Part shown: positions 30,347-43,767 of the stretch, piece after piece | Position numbering within the stretch: the first letter of the stretch is position 1 | Layout: every line of letters begins with the position of its first letter | DNA from: Eledone cirrhosa | Lineage: Eukaryota | Assembly (NCBI GenBank): GCA_964016885.1 | Contig: OZ024742.1 | Span: 16,988,001 to 17,052,000 of the forward strand | Direction of reading: 5' to 3' | Length of the DNA stretch: 64,000 nucleotides | The notes under the pieces: model-generated | The model's database searches: none | Told to the model about the DNA's origin: nothing | What the model saw: only the letters and a program-made list of their open reading frames with translations | Position numbers and translations under genes: made by a program

Positions 30347-31019
30347 AAAAAGAGTGCTGACCTACGAAAAAGCATAGGACATGTGATAATGCTCCTTACA
30401 TGCAAACAAACACAAAAAAACCTCACTCCTCACCAACAAAGAGTGAAAAATAAAATAGAGACGATGTTTGGTAACAGTAGAACCAGAACTCTCCAATATA
30501 AGCTGATCACCCTCAAACAAGAATTGGGAGCTGTTAGCGAAAAACGCCGATACCTGAAGAAGGTAGATGAGAGAAAAATGCTTAATAAAAGATTCAGACG
30601 AAACCAAACATCAGTCTATAGAGATATGAAGGGCAAAATAATAAGTGTCACTGAGGCCCCATACCAGAAAGACATAGATTCCTTTTGGAGAAAAATATGG
30701 GGTGAAAAGAAGAATTTCAACCAAGATGCAGTGCGGCTTAGAGAAATCCGAAAGAACTATTGCTCCTACACTACAACAAAAACATACGAAATAAATGAGG
30801 GTACCCTTGAAATTGTGATAGCAAAACTTCAAGATAAGAAAACACCAGGAAGAGACATGATTGTCGGCTACTGGTACAAAAAACTAATATTCTATCAAAT
30901 GATTTTGAAAATAATCAAGAATCAGGAGGGATTTAGTAAAATCACTAAGTTTTTCATTATTAAGCTGGTGTTTGGAACATAACATAACAAAGCACTTTTT
31001 GATGATGATGAAGATGGCA

Positions 31020-31051
<32 letters not shown>

Positions 31052-31551
31052 GATGGCAATGATGATTATTATTATGATGATGATGACAATGATGCTGACC
31101 ATGATGATGATGGCGATGTGACCGAGTTCACCACAGCTACAATGCATGACACAACACAACACAGTACTTATCTATGCAGCAGCACTTTACATACACGGTG
31201 CAATGGAGTGTTGCAGTAAGATTAACCACTAGCAGCATCAGAGTATGGGTTGGCTCTGTCTGTGATTTATAGTTGATGGCAACAGAACTGACTTTCTGAC
31301 AATTGTAAAGACTCTTGTGACACCAGAAACAAACTGACAACAAATGCTTATGTTTATGTGACAGACAGACAGACTGAAGGAAATATAGAAATAGCAATGG
31401 AAGCACAGTGATAGATAGACAAATAAAATGAGAGAGAGGGGGTAGGTGGAGGTAGTGGAGTGAGAGAGGGGGAGGGAGTGGAGGGAGTGAAAGAAAGAGA
31501 AAGGAGATATAAGGATGAGTAGATAGAGCGACAATTATAAGTTAGTGAGTG

Positions 31552-31630
<79 letters not shown>

Positions 31631-31731
31631 GCGATGAAATACCAATGATGGTTGGAAGATCACTGATGAAGGACTAACTTTATTCATATATAACCCATTA
31701 GCAACCACGCAGCACATTTATTCTCATATAA

Positions 31732-31777
<46 letters not shown>

Positions 31778-34340
31778 CACTCACTAACTTATACACAACT
31801 GAATTCATTCGCCTGATATAGGGGTTGCCTCGATTGCCAATCCCCACGTGGGGTCAGTAATAGTCATTCCTTGTATTAGCATTGAACCAAAACCTGTTGA
31901 AAAAGTGGCTTCCTTGTTCAATCATCTTACCAGAAGCCTAATATTTTTTATGTAAGCGAACAGTACTTGATTTAGGAGTCGTAGAAACCCAAATACTGGA
32001 TTTCCAAGACACCCACTTGGCAAAAAACTACCGACCCATTGCATGCCAGAACCTGATGTATAAGATGTATACAGCCGGCCTCAACATATTCCTCCATGAT
32101 CACTGTGAAAATAATAACATCATCACAGATGAACAAGCAGCTGGAAAGAAAAGGGTTTGGGGATGTGCTGAACAACTCCTAATCAACAAAACTGCGATGT
32201 CGGAGGTGCGACAACTTAGGAGGCATATGACTACAGTCTGGCTGGACTACAAGAACGCTTTCGATTCTGTTCCCCACTCTTGGATGATAGAGGCCCTCCA
32301 ACTTGCTAAAGTCCCAGACATTATTGTCAGAGCCATAGAGAGGCTGTCTCCTTCTTGGGCTACTATCCTAAGGTTAAAGACAGAGAGGGAGGATTCTATT
32401 TTCACTGATAAAATAAAATATTGCAGGGGTATATTTCAGGGGGACAGTCTCTGTGTGATATTGTTCATCTTGTCATTAAACCCCTTGTCCTTTCTGCTCA
32501 AGAAATGTGAGGGATACATCATCGGCTCACAGGAGGACAGAAATACGAACCTAACCCATAACTTCTTTGTGGACGATCTGAAACTCTATGCCAAGAACAT
32601 GGATGGGATGAAGAAAAGTCTTGACCTGGTTACAACGTTCTCAAAGGATATAGGAATGGAGTTTGGCCAAGATAAATACTCATAAATGACTGTAAAGCGG
32701 GGAAAAACAACAACCCAATCTAGCAACATTGTCATCAATAGTCTAACTGTTTCACCGATATCTTATGAGCACTGCTACAGATATCTGGGGATAGATGAGA
32801 ACATATCCTATAATGGTATATGTAATAAAGAACGCGTAACCAGGGAATACTACACCCGATTAAGAAAGATCTGGTAATCGGAACTCTCTGCGCAAAACAA
32901 AACAGTGGCTCACAATGTGTTTGCTGTGCCTGTCCTAACACCAACGTTTGGAATACTCAATTGGACGATAGACGAAATCCGAGCAGTTGATGTTGGAACT
33001 CGAAAAATACTGAACAACACCAGAAACCTCCACATCAACAGTGACATAGACCGCCTTTACTTGAAACGTAAGCAGGGAGCCAGAGGCCTAACATCAGTCC
33101 AGACAACATTTGAATGTCGCATCATATTTCTCCGACAACATCTACGAACCTCGAAGCGTAGCAGCCCGCTTCTCGAGCAAGTCTATCTGCATGATACAGA
33201 TAAGATCATGAGAGTTGGGAAGGAACTTCTCGAGAGATATTCCTTGTGTGATAATCAAAAACTCACACCCAGGGATGTCGCTCAGCAGTATCGCAGTGAA
33301 TCTATGGATGAAAAACTGCATGCCTATCAGCAAAAAATCATGCATGGATATGTTGCCAGGAAGCTCCAGAGTGAGAGTAATATAGATAAAGAAAGTAGTC
33401 TATCTTGGACCAACAACCGCTATATTGGCTCCCACTTTGAAGGATACGCTTTTGCAATCCAAGAACAGGAGATTAGCACGAAATACCTGATTCACAAAAG
33501 AGATAGGGATGCAGGCAAAACACCTAGATGTGATAACAAGTGCAGACTCTGCAGAACTAACGTCGAGGATATCACCCATGTCATCAGCAGATGTCCAAAG
33601 ATGTCATCGCGGTACTATCTACCTATGAGGCATGATGTAGTGGCCAAAACACTCTACAATGCAGTTTGTAAAAAAGATAGCCCCGGTAACAGACACATTA
33701 AAAGCTACAACAATGTGGAAGACATCCATGTACTTAATATGAAAGAGCACTGGTGGAATGTTCCAGTAAAACCCCAATAAAATGCAGGCATAACAGACAG
33801 ATATTATGATATGGGACAGGGAGAAGAAAACATGCACAGTAGTGGAAATTAGCTGCCCAGCAGATGCCAATATAATATCAAAGATTAGTGAAAAGGAGAA
33901 TATTTATGCAGAACTGATGAGAAATCTGCAGATACTCCACCCTGATTACACCTTCAGATTTATGCATGTGATTATTGGGGCACTGGGATATGTTAGTAAC
34001 TGCCTCAATACAAATCTTGAGAAGCTAGGCTTCACAGGAACAGAAAGAACACAACTAGTTAGGAAATTACAAGTACAATCCATTAATGGAACAGTAAAAA
34101 TATGTAAAACATTCCAAAAATTTTGCATCTAATAACTGCATATACACATGCACACATACAAATCAAAACGTACACATCCACACATACAATAACATCCATA
34201 TCTACACATGCATGCATGCAGACATACATACATATCTACCTAGTTAATGTGTAAATTCCAATGAGAGTGTCTTGTGTCTATTTTAGAAACCGACTCTCTC
34301 TCTATTGGTAAAACTTTGTGAAATTATAAACCCAGAAGAA
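30347..34340 (+). mobile_element. 5'-truncated, disrupted RLE-type non-LTR retrotransposon (R4/Dong-like)
   Basis: RT motifs NYRPIACQN, WLDYKNAFDSVPHSW, GIFQGDSL, FFVDDLKL; CCHC knuckle CRLC...HVISRCP; RHD motif; RLE D..IWDREKKTCTVVEISCP...K...Y. In-frame stops at 32683 and 32875, frameshift ~33780, foreign insertion ~30900-32005. (CATA)n on both sides. Confidence 0.92.
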
Positions 34341-34410
34341 CATACATACATACATACATACATACATACATACATACATACATACATACATACATACATA
34401 CATACATACA

Positions 34411-35020
34411 TGGTGGCTGCCAACTCGTTTTCGAGTACGGCCACTACTTCATATCCATGTAGGAGAACCCCTACCGATGCGCTGAACGAGTGTGACTTTT
34501 TAGTCCAGCCAGCGACTTGAAAACTCTGATACAAACACTACACTTGTGACAATTATTGACACATAGTGCTGGGCCCATGGTACCATGTGACAACAAGTGC
34601 AGAGAGATCTCCAGATATAAAGCAATGCCTGTGCCGTGAAGCTTTTATAGTGAGCAAAGGCACTGCACAAAGCCAGTCCCACTCTCTTAACCAAGATGAT
34701 ATTTACCAAAAAGAAGAACAAGTCAACATCATTGGATACCATCAGGGTTGCAGGTGTTATATCAGAGTTTTCCTTCTCCTAGAATTCTGCCTTGACAAAG
34801 GCTAAGGGGTCATCTCTCCCGGTGATTTTGGATGGCCAATGACTCTTAAGAGCTCCTTTGCCCTTTGACAGGTTTTGTTTTTAGTCCTGCAGGATGTCCA
34901 AAGTCACCCTCCTCACCAAGAAACCTTGGTGGGGTTGCCAGTTTAGTCGCCAACGACCCAACCATGAGACAGGTTGTACTGGGATACATGTTACCAGTAG
35001 CACCAAGTGGTGACCTGACA
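34411..35020 (-). mobile_element. Non-autonomous RTE-derived element, copy 1, with (TGTA)n tail
   Basis: Minus strand has ctaggagaaggaaaactctga (resembles RTE 5' UTRs) and a C-terminal zinc-finger remnant (CSVC.RVFKSLAGLKSH), then a microsatellite tail. Confidence 0.7.
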
Positions 35021-35083
35021 TAATACATACATACATACATACATACATACATACATACATACATACATACATACATACATACA

Positions 35084-35690
35084 TGGTGGCTGCCAACTCG
35101 TTTTCTAGTATGGCCACTACTTTATGTCCATGTAGGCGAACTCCTACCGATGCGCTGAACGAATGTGACTTTAGTCCAGCCAGCGACTTGAAAACTCTGG
35201 TACAAACACTACACTTGTGACAATTATTGACCCATAGTGCTAAGCCCATGGTACCATGTGACGACAAGTGCAGAGAGATCTCCAGATATAAAGCAATGCC
35301 TGTGCCGTGAAGCTTTTATAGTGAGCAAAGGCACTGCACAAAGCCAGTCCCACTCTCTTAACCAAGATGATATTTACCAAAAAGAAGAACAAGTCAACAT
35401 CATTGGATACCATCAGAGTTGCAGGTGTTATATCAGAGTTTTCCTTCTCCTAGAATTCTGCCTTGACAAAGGCTAAGGGGTCATCTCTCCCGGTGATTTT
35501 GGATGGCCATTGACTCTTAAGAGCTCCTTTGCCCTTTGACAGGTTTTGTTTTTAGTCCTGCAGGATGTCCAAAGTCACCCTCCTCACCAAGAAACCTTAG
35601 TGGGGTTGCCAGTTTAGTCGCCAACGACCCGACCATGGGACAGGTTGTACTGGAATACATGTTACCAGTAGCACCAAGTGGTGACCTGAC
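35084..35690 (-). mobile_element. Non-autonomous RTE-derived element, copy 2
   Basis: Near-identical to 34411-35020; ORF track shows HKCSVCTRVFKSLAGLKSH; (CATA)n on both sides. Confidence 0.7.
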
Positions 35691-35806
35691 ATACATACAT
35701 ACATACATACATACATACATACATACATACATACATACATACATACATACATACATACATCACTAGATAGATAATAGCACGATCTGAAATACTGAAATAT
35801 TTGATA

Positions 35807-37233
35807 CTAGCAGTTTAGCCCGGCGTTTCTCGGGTTTGTTCATTTGCTATGAAAAGTTATATACAGGTAAACGTGGCTTGAAAGCGAATAAGCTTATCAA
35901 TTAAGTGTATAACGTAGTTGAACCGGTTATTAACAGTTACGAACCAAGTAGCATTTTGGACAATGATGGGTTAATAATCTTCCAATAGAGAATTTAGCAG
36001 ACCAAAGTTGCAAGATGGTCAGATCTGTCCGCCATGGGTGACCTACCAGGAAATAGTTTTCCAGACGGCATAGCCCCAACACCTCCACCAACATCTATAG
36101 CACCTCTTTGTAGACGATATTGCGTGTCATCCCTTGAGGAGTGTAAGCCAAAAGTCCATTCCTGCTCCCTACACGGGAACAGGCAACCTAAAGTTGGCCA
36201 TGGCAGAAGCATGGCTCCGCCAAATTGATGCACGCCACCGACAATGTTTTCTCTTGTGACTTGTTAATGGACATGGCAAAACATGGTTTCACCGGGAATT
36301 GGGATCGGCGGAAATCGAACGGGTTATCTGACGCCGAGGGGAAAAGGTTCATCGTTGGCAGTGTATTCGGTAGAATTGCCAGAAGTACAACACTATGGGT
36401 GTTGTCATATTAATATTTAACCAATGAAAGTCGTAAAAATAAATAATTTAAACATTCCGATTCATATGTCTATAGCATTAATCTGTTATATGAAGTGTTA
36501 TTTTGCGGGTTGTTATTTGCAATAAGCCAATTTAAAATACCCCAGAAAAGCGGTTTGTCAATACGGAACTCCAATGACTCCCCCAGCAGTAAAATTATAG
36601 AGAGGGGGAATAATCTATTATAGAGAGAGGGAAGAGCGATGGAGAGATTAAAGCTAAGAAACTATATGGAGGTGTGTAAAACAGTGTTGTCATAAAGAAA
36701 GTGAAGAGCGACAGAGAGAGTAAAGCAGTTAAATTATAGAGAGGGCGAATAATCTATTATAGAGAGAGGGAAGAGCGACGGAGAGAGTAAAGCTAAGAAA
36801 CTATAGGGAGGTGTGTTAAGCATCAAAGCATGAAGAGAGTAAAGCAGTTAAATTATAGAGAGGGGGAATGATCTATTATAGAGAGAGGGAACAGCGACGG
36901 AGAGAGCGTTATGACTATGTTTGTTGTTGTATAAAATGACGTGCTGCTTAGTTTTCAAAGTTTATGTCGCGTTCCTGAACGCTGTTTTGTCGCTGTTGGG
37001 TAGTAGAGAGAGTGAATAAGCGTGTAAGAGAGAGGGTTACAGCATGTATTTAGTTTTATCGATTGCTTTTCATAGAAGCAAGACATTTTTGGCAAAGTTT
37101 ATTATGCGTTGACCATCGTTGGTAAATTTGGAGCACATTGGAAAAAAATTCATAAAAATCGGTAGAGAAATGTGGAAATGCATAAAAATCATAGACACAG
37201 ACACAGACATACATCTTCCGTTTTATATATAGA
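35807..37233 (-). mobile_element. Internally deleted Helitron
   Basis: Minus-strand 5' TCTATATATAAAA, 3' hairpin CCCGagaaacgcCGGG...CTAG, and an internal helicase remnant. Confidence 0.88.
36095..36358 (-). pseudogene. Helitron RepHel PIF1-like helicase C-terminal remnant
   Basis: Manual translation: PFDFRRSQFPVKPCFAMSINKSQEKTL...CFCHGQL*VACSRVGSR...TRNIVYKEVL*. These are helicase motifs V/VI with a premature stop; this frame is not in the ORF track. Confidence 0.9.
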
Positions 37234-37513
37234 GAGATCGTACAAAGATCTCTGAAGCTACGTTTATACGTACAGCTAAATATATACCTATGACATCACG
37301 TCACTATTGAATTATTATTAAACAGACCAAACAAATAGAATAATACATTAACATATATACTATACACACAGGTGATCCCCCCCCCCCACACACACACACA
37401 CTGACACACACACTAACACATAAACACATATATTATATATAGACACAAACACATTTATAAACAGATAGATAGACAGATAGTTTAGTATCACCCTTGTTTC
37501 CTTTGACAGATCG

Positions 37514-37683
<170 letters not shown>

Positions 37684-37707
37684 ATGTATATGTGTGTGTG
37701 TGTGTAA

Positions 37708-37993
<286 letters not shown>

Positions 37994-38240
37994 CGATCTG
38001 TCAAAGGAAACAAGGGTGATTACATTTATGCGCAGATTCTTTTCCCCTCTAAACTGCTTTTTATTGTCTAACCTCCAACTGAAATAGATGTTTGTTGTAG
38101 GATAATTGTCCAATTTAGTAATTCATCATTGCAGTAGATTTTCTAAATCTTTTGTCTGAAATCTACGTTCTTTATCATTACTGTTTAGAAGAAATATTTG
38201 AAGCCCATGACCACATATACATGATACCTACATATATACA

Positions 38241-38624
<384 letters not shown>

Positions 38625-38638
<14 letters not shown>

Positions 38639-39889
38639 GAAAATGTCTGTCTGTCTGAGTGTGTGTGTCTGTTCCGCACCAACTTTTGATCCGTTTTTGT
38701 AATCAACCACAAACTAATCAGGGCAGGTCGGTACGACATTGCAAATGATCGACTCCCCCTTTCCCCAGGTAAAACATTGATAAAACTGACTCTTGGTACG
38801 ACTTTGCACAGGAAAAATCTTTATATATATAAAAATGAAAAAGAAAGAGTGAGAGTGAAAGAAACAGACAGACTAAAAGAGGAGGATAGCGGGAGAGAGA
38901 GAGACAGACGATGTGTTTGATACATGACAATGGAAGAGGGGAGGGAAAGCTATAACTAATTAACAAGTGTGCGTGTGTGTGTGCTTGCGTGCGCGCGTGT
39001 GTGTCTGTGTGTGTTCGTGCAGCGTTCCAGCGTTCTATTAAGCGATGATAATACGTCGTTATGTGGACCGAGAAGAACAATTTCATGCAAAGACAAGACC
39101 AAGTTTATGGTGTAAATGGAGTCGTTAGACTAATATTCTATTTAAAATAACAGAATGATTTCCAGCCCCGGAGTTTAAGAATGATGTAAATAAAATTGTA
39201 AACGAAAATGACAGAGGTTATTAAAATAGTTGTTTCTACTTTTTACACAAGGCCAACAATTATCCACTACATTACTGGTACTTCATTTTATCGACCCCGT
39301 AAGGACAAAAGGCAGAGTTAACCTCGACGGGATTTTAACTTTGCCTTAACATAGTAAAAGTAAATAGTGAAGATTTAGGCCAGTACATACGTATGCGCCC
39401 AGGACATACTCATACCTATACATACGCACACACACGCGCGCGCGCACTAGACCGCGTGTAAACCTTATGCATTTCTACAGTATTTTCACGAAACTTAAGA
39501 CATAGGTTACTTATGTACCCCGGATGGTCATGGGCACTTTCATTTTTCCAGATATTGATTATAGGGCCTCCCGGCAGATAACCCCCTTTAACCACTTCCT
39601 TGGAGTCGACTGAAGCACAGCAGTGCAATACAACAAAACGTCATAACTTCTGGAGTTCGCAACCGATTTTCACAAAACTTGACACATGGGCTACGTTTGT
39701 TCTATAGATGAATGTGAACTCTCAGAATTGGCACATATTAAGAAGGGGGCCCTTGAGGGCAGGAATCCTCTTTTGGAAAAAGCCGATGATTTTTTAAAAG
39801 TATAGTTTTCGAAGCAGCACTGAAATATTGACATAAATGGTATACATAACTGCTATTTATTACCCGAGCAACGCCGGGTAGCTCCGCTA

Positions 39890-39890
<1 letters not shown>
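38625..39890 (+). mobile_element. Non-autonomous Helitron (possibly composite), containing a SINE fragment at ~39228-39340
   Basis: (TA)n AAATGAAAATGTCTGTCTG start, ccgattttcacaaaactt motif, 3' CCCGagcaacgcCGGG...CTAG. Confidence 0.7.
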
Positions 39891-39962
<72 letters not shown>

Positions 39963-40099
39963 CACACTGAAAAATCTGTGGTAGATACAGCTACCGAGCA
40001 TCTTGCATCAGCTTGTCATTGGATTCTTGTTGTTGGTACTTAGAAAGATGTCTGTATGTAGAACAAGAATATACTGCTTTGATATCCTTGCGCATATAT

Positions 40100-40630
40100 C
40101 TCTTCAAAGTCCTATGGCGATGGGGAAGCAGCGACATGTACAGACATAACAAGTTGGGGGTATGCAGTAGCTAATCTACACGAAGGTGGCTTGAAGCTCA
40201 CCTAATGTCGTTGTTAGTTTTCGGAATTGTAACTGGCTTGAGTGGAGTCTTTTGTGACTGAGCAATCTTTTCAAGGCAGAAAACTGTTTCACTTAAATAT
40301 TGGGAGAGGTCTAGAAAAGGTGACCCAAACATTGTTGCTTCCACCATCTGCGGCTGACGGCTGTTCACATCGGTAGGAAAAAACACGAAGAAGAATAATA
40401 ATTTTCAAAAGAATAGAATTACATTGAATGTTGCTACATGGAATATTAGAGAATTTCTTGAAAGGTAATCATCAATAACTTCGGAGCAAAGAACTATTAT
40501 AGAGGCACAGAATTAAGCAGGTATATGATTGATATGGCTGAACTTTCTGAAGCCCGTCTTAGTGGGGAAGTTCATCTATCAGAGGATAGTTATATGTTCT
40601 TCTGGAAAGGGAAACCAAAGGTGGAAGATA
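40100..40630 (+). mobile_element. RTE-clade LINE 5' fragment (AP-endonuclease N-terminus)
   Basis: Broken frames give LNVATWNIR...ELSRYMIDMAELSEARLSGEVHLSEDSYMFFWKGKP. Confidence 0.75.
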
Positions 40631-41314
40631 CTCGTTCGCACGTCAACCATTTACTTCTACTTCATATGAAAATGTATAGCTTTTTAGTAAAAATGTGTAT
40701 AATTGAAAATAAATACATCAGATAGAAAGACAAGGAGAAAAAAATAGTTATAAAAAAACGTTATAAATTGCTTGTCTGCCTTTGTCGGCTACAAAATATC
40801 GCCTGCCTTTGTCGGCTACATATCGTCTGCTTCTTTCGGCTAGGTAATATCAAAACGTAACAGCTATTTTTGCAGTTGAGGAATTTTTTTTCATCAGTTT
40901 TCATCAAAATCCGAACTAATATAATTATCGTTTTATTTATTTATGTCATTTTTGTTTAGTTTTAACGAATTGTTTTCATTTCAATAATAAAATTCAAATA
41001 AATATATCATATAGAAAATGTTCTACTTCAGAACTTCTACCAAATAAATTTTATTTTATAGTTTTAAGTATAAAATAAACATTGGTAAATCAAATATCAG
41101 AGAAAAAAAACACATGTTATTGTGATGTACCTGTAAAAATTGTTTATAATTGAATGACGAAACATTATTTGAGAAACTGCTAAAAATTAACTCTTTAAAC
41201 ACACACACACACATGTGTATATGTGTGTGTGAATGTGTGTGTATATGTGTGAGTGCGTGTGTGTTAGTTAAGTGTGTAACAACAGTTAAAGGTGGCGCGC
41301 CGCTGAAACACTCG

Positions 41315-41361
<47 letters not shown>

Positions 41362-41619
41362 CAAGAAAGAAGAGTGACATGGTTTGCTATACAATAAGGG
41401 CTTTATTCACATTGCTGACAATTGTTTCTCTGAACTGGTAGTATAGTATTCATCATGTTCTCTCTATATATACCTTGCTTCCTTAACCTCTGTATTAACT
41501 TACCGCCTATATTGCTGTTATTGTTGTCTTATCCATGCATGATTTGTTATTGATGCTGTGAAAGCTAAACAACCCCATGATTCGAACTAACAATCCCTTC
41601 ATCTAATACATACCACTTA

Positions 41620-41810
41620 AATAATTGTTTCTACTTTTGGCACAAGGCCAGCAATTACCCAGTACACTACTGGTACTTTATTTTATCGACCTCGTAAGGA
41701 TGAAAGGCAAAGTTAACCTCGACGGGATTTGAACTCAAACCGTAAAAGGACGTAACTATGCTAGAAAGCATGGCGTCCAACCCTCTACTGATAATGAATC
41801 CGCTTTACAC
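41620..41810 (-). mobile_element. tRNA-derived SINE (family of 3865-4035)
   Basis: Reverse complement of the SINE core and B box (gggatttgaactc). Confidence 0.78.
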
Positions 41811-42190
41811 CACATTAAAATTACCATCCTCACTACAATGAAAATATTTTATCTGTCAGATAATAAATAATTCTTACGGTCAGCAAACCTACAGTAAAGT
41901 AAATGGTCCTTGTTTCAAGCCCCAGGTTATCTCTACACTATATATAATATACCCCATGTCAGCATTTACATGTCAATTTCATACATCTGCTTCGTATCAG
42001 TTCGTTGTATATGCTAAAGTCATCAGTATACTCTATGTCTTACTTAGATTAATGTTGTGATTATTTTAGCTATTTACGGTCTAGCTAATTTATTGTAGTA
42101 TTGTTGGTATTGTTAGTATTGTTATTATTGTTCTGATTTAATGCCACTACTATATATAGAAGCCATGCCTGTGTATTCCCTTCATTCTCG

Positions 42191-42303
42191 CATGCTCTGA
42201 TGAATTGACTGGTTACAACTATGTATTGGTGATCGATTGACGCAGAAACAGGCGGGTAGCGATCTCTAGACATACCAGTTCAGAGAAACAATTGTCAGCA
42301 ATG
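42191..42303 (+). ncRNA. Type I hammerhead ribozyme, intact core, long loop II, GUC site
   Basis: catGCT-CTGATGA(42197-42203)-..TGA.CTGGT...ACCAG.TCA..-GAAAC-aatt-GTC-AGCAatg. The stem III region ACAATTGT is palindromic. Confidence 0.78.
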
Positions 42304-42524
42304 TGAATAAAGCCCTTATTGTATAGCAAACCATGTCACTCTTCTTTCTTGATTTATTATTACTCCAAGTGTAAACTACATAGAAATCACCGCGTACTCT
42401 CAGCATCACTATGGAAACATCTTGTTGAGTCAAACTTAACCAAGCGTTAATACTATCCACTACTCGGAGTACCCCAATTGGACTACATCTAAGTGGACTA
42501 CCTATAACAATAATTTGTTATCCC

Positions 42525-42603
<79 letters not shown>

Positions 42604-42605
<2 letters not shown>

Positions 42606-43054
42606 TAAGTTATTCCGGGCTGAATCGGAGGTAACCACAGTAAGTAAGGTACTCAATACATAGCAGAGTATAAAAGTGTTAATATAGATGAGATTCTACA
42701 AGACTAGAACTGTTTCATTCTTGAGAAATCATCAGGAATCTGACTGTCCAAATAAATGTGGTGGTATTTATAGCTTTTCTGGTGGTAGGAGAGGATGGGG
42801 AGTGGGATGGGTGGAGGACATTGGTTGATAGAAAAGGGAATTCATTAAAAGCTAATTCTTTAAAGCTATAATTTATATTTAGAGTGACAAAAGCAGAGAG
42901 AATTGGGGGTGCCACTTGAAAAGCAGAAGAACTGCGAAACCGGTAAAGGAACCAAATAAATATATATATTTTTTTTAAAAATAAGACTCCAGTTGCATTT
43001 TCGATTTCATCTTTTTTTCTTTATATATATAAATATATATATATATATATAAAT

Positions 43055-43126
<72 letters not shown>

Positions 43127-43289
43127 ATATATATGTATATATGTATGTGTGTGTGTATATGTGTATGTATATGTTTGTGTATGTTTGTATATGTGTATAT
43201 TTATATATTTGTGTGTGTGTGAATGTGAATGTTCTATGTGAAGGTGCCTATATTTCAGGTGTCTATAAGATGGTAGGGGTATATATATG

Positions 43290-43353
<64 letters not shown>

Positions 43354-43677
43354 TATAGCCCCTACCATCTTATAGACACCTGAAACATAGGCATTGTTGG
43401 CTTCAGAGAAACTTAAAAATAAGGAGTGGCACCCCAATTTGAACTTGTTTATAGAATTCTCTCTGCCTTTGTCACTCCAAATATAAATTATAGCTTTAAA
43501 GAATTAGCTTTTAATGAATTCCCTTTTCTATCAACCAATGTCCTCCACCCATCCCACTCCCCACCCTCTCCTACCACCAAAAAAGATATAAATACCACCA
43601 CATTTATTTGGACAGTCAGATTCCTGATGATTTCTCAAGACTGAAACAGTTCTAGTCCTGTAGAATCTCATCTATAT
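42604..43677. mobile_element. Inverted pair of Penelope-type tails with nested inserts
   Basis: ~235-bp inverted repeat ~42683-42915 / ~43426-43677. Each arm has a CTGATGA...GAAAC motif. The interior holds another family's arm and TA tracts. Confidence 0.7.
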
Positions 43678-43700
43678 ATATATATATATATTTATTTATA

Positions 43701-43767
<67 letters not shown>

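Larger units (their letters stand above)
41357..42525 (+). mobile_element. Non-coding Penelope-like element with inverted 5' arm and hammerhead, between TA tracts
   Basis: 84-bp perfect inverted repeat 41357-41440 / 42273-42356; hammerhead 42191-42303; carries a SINE insertion. Confidence 0.75.
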
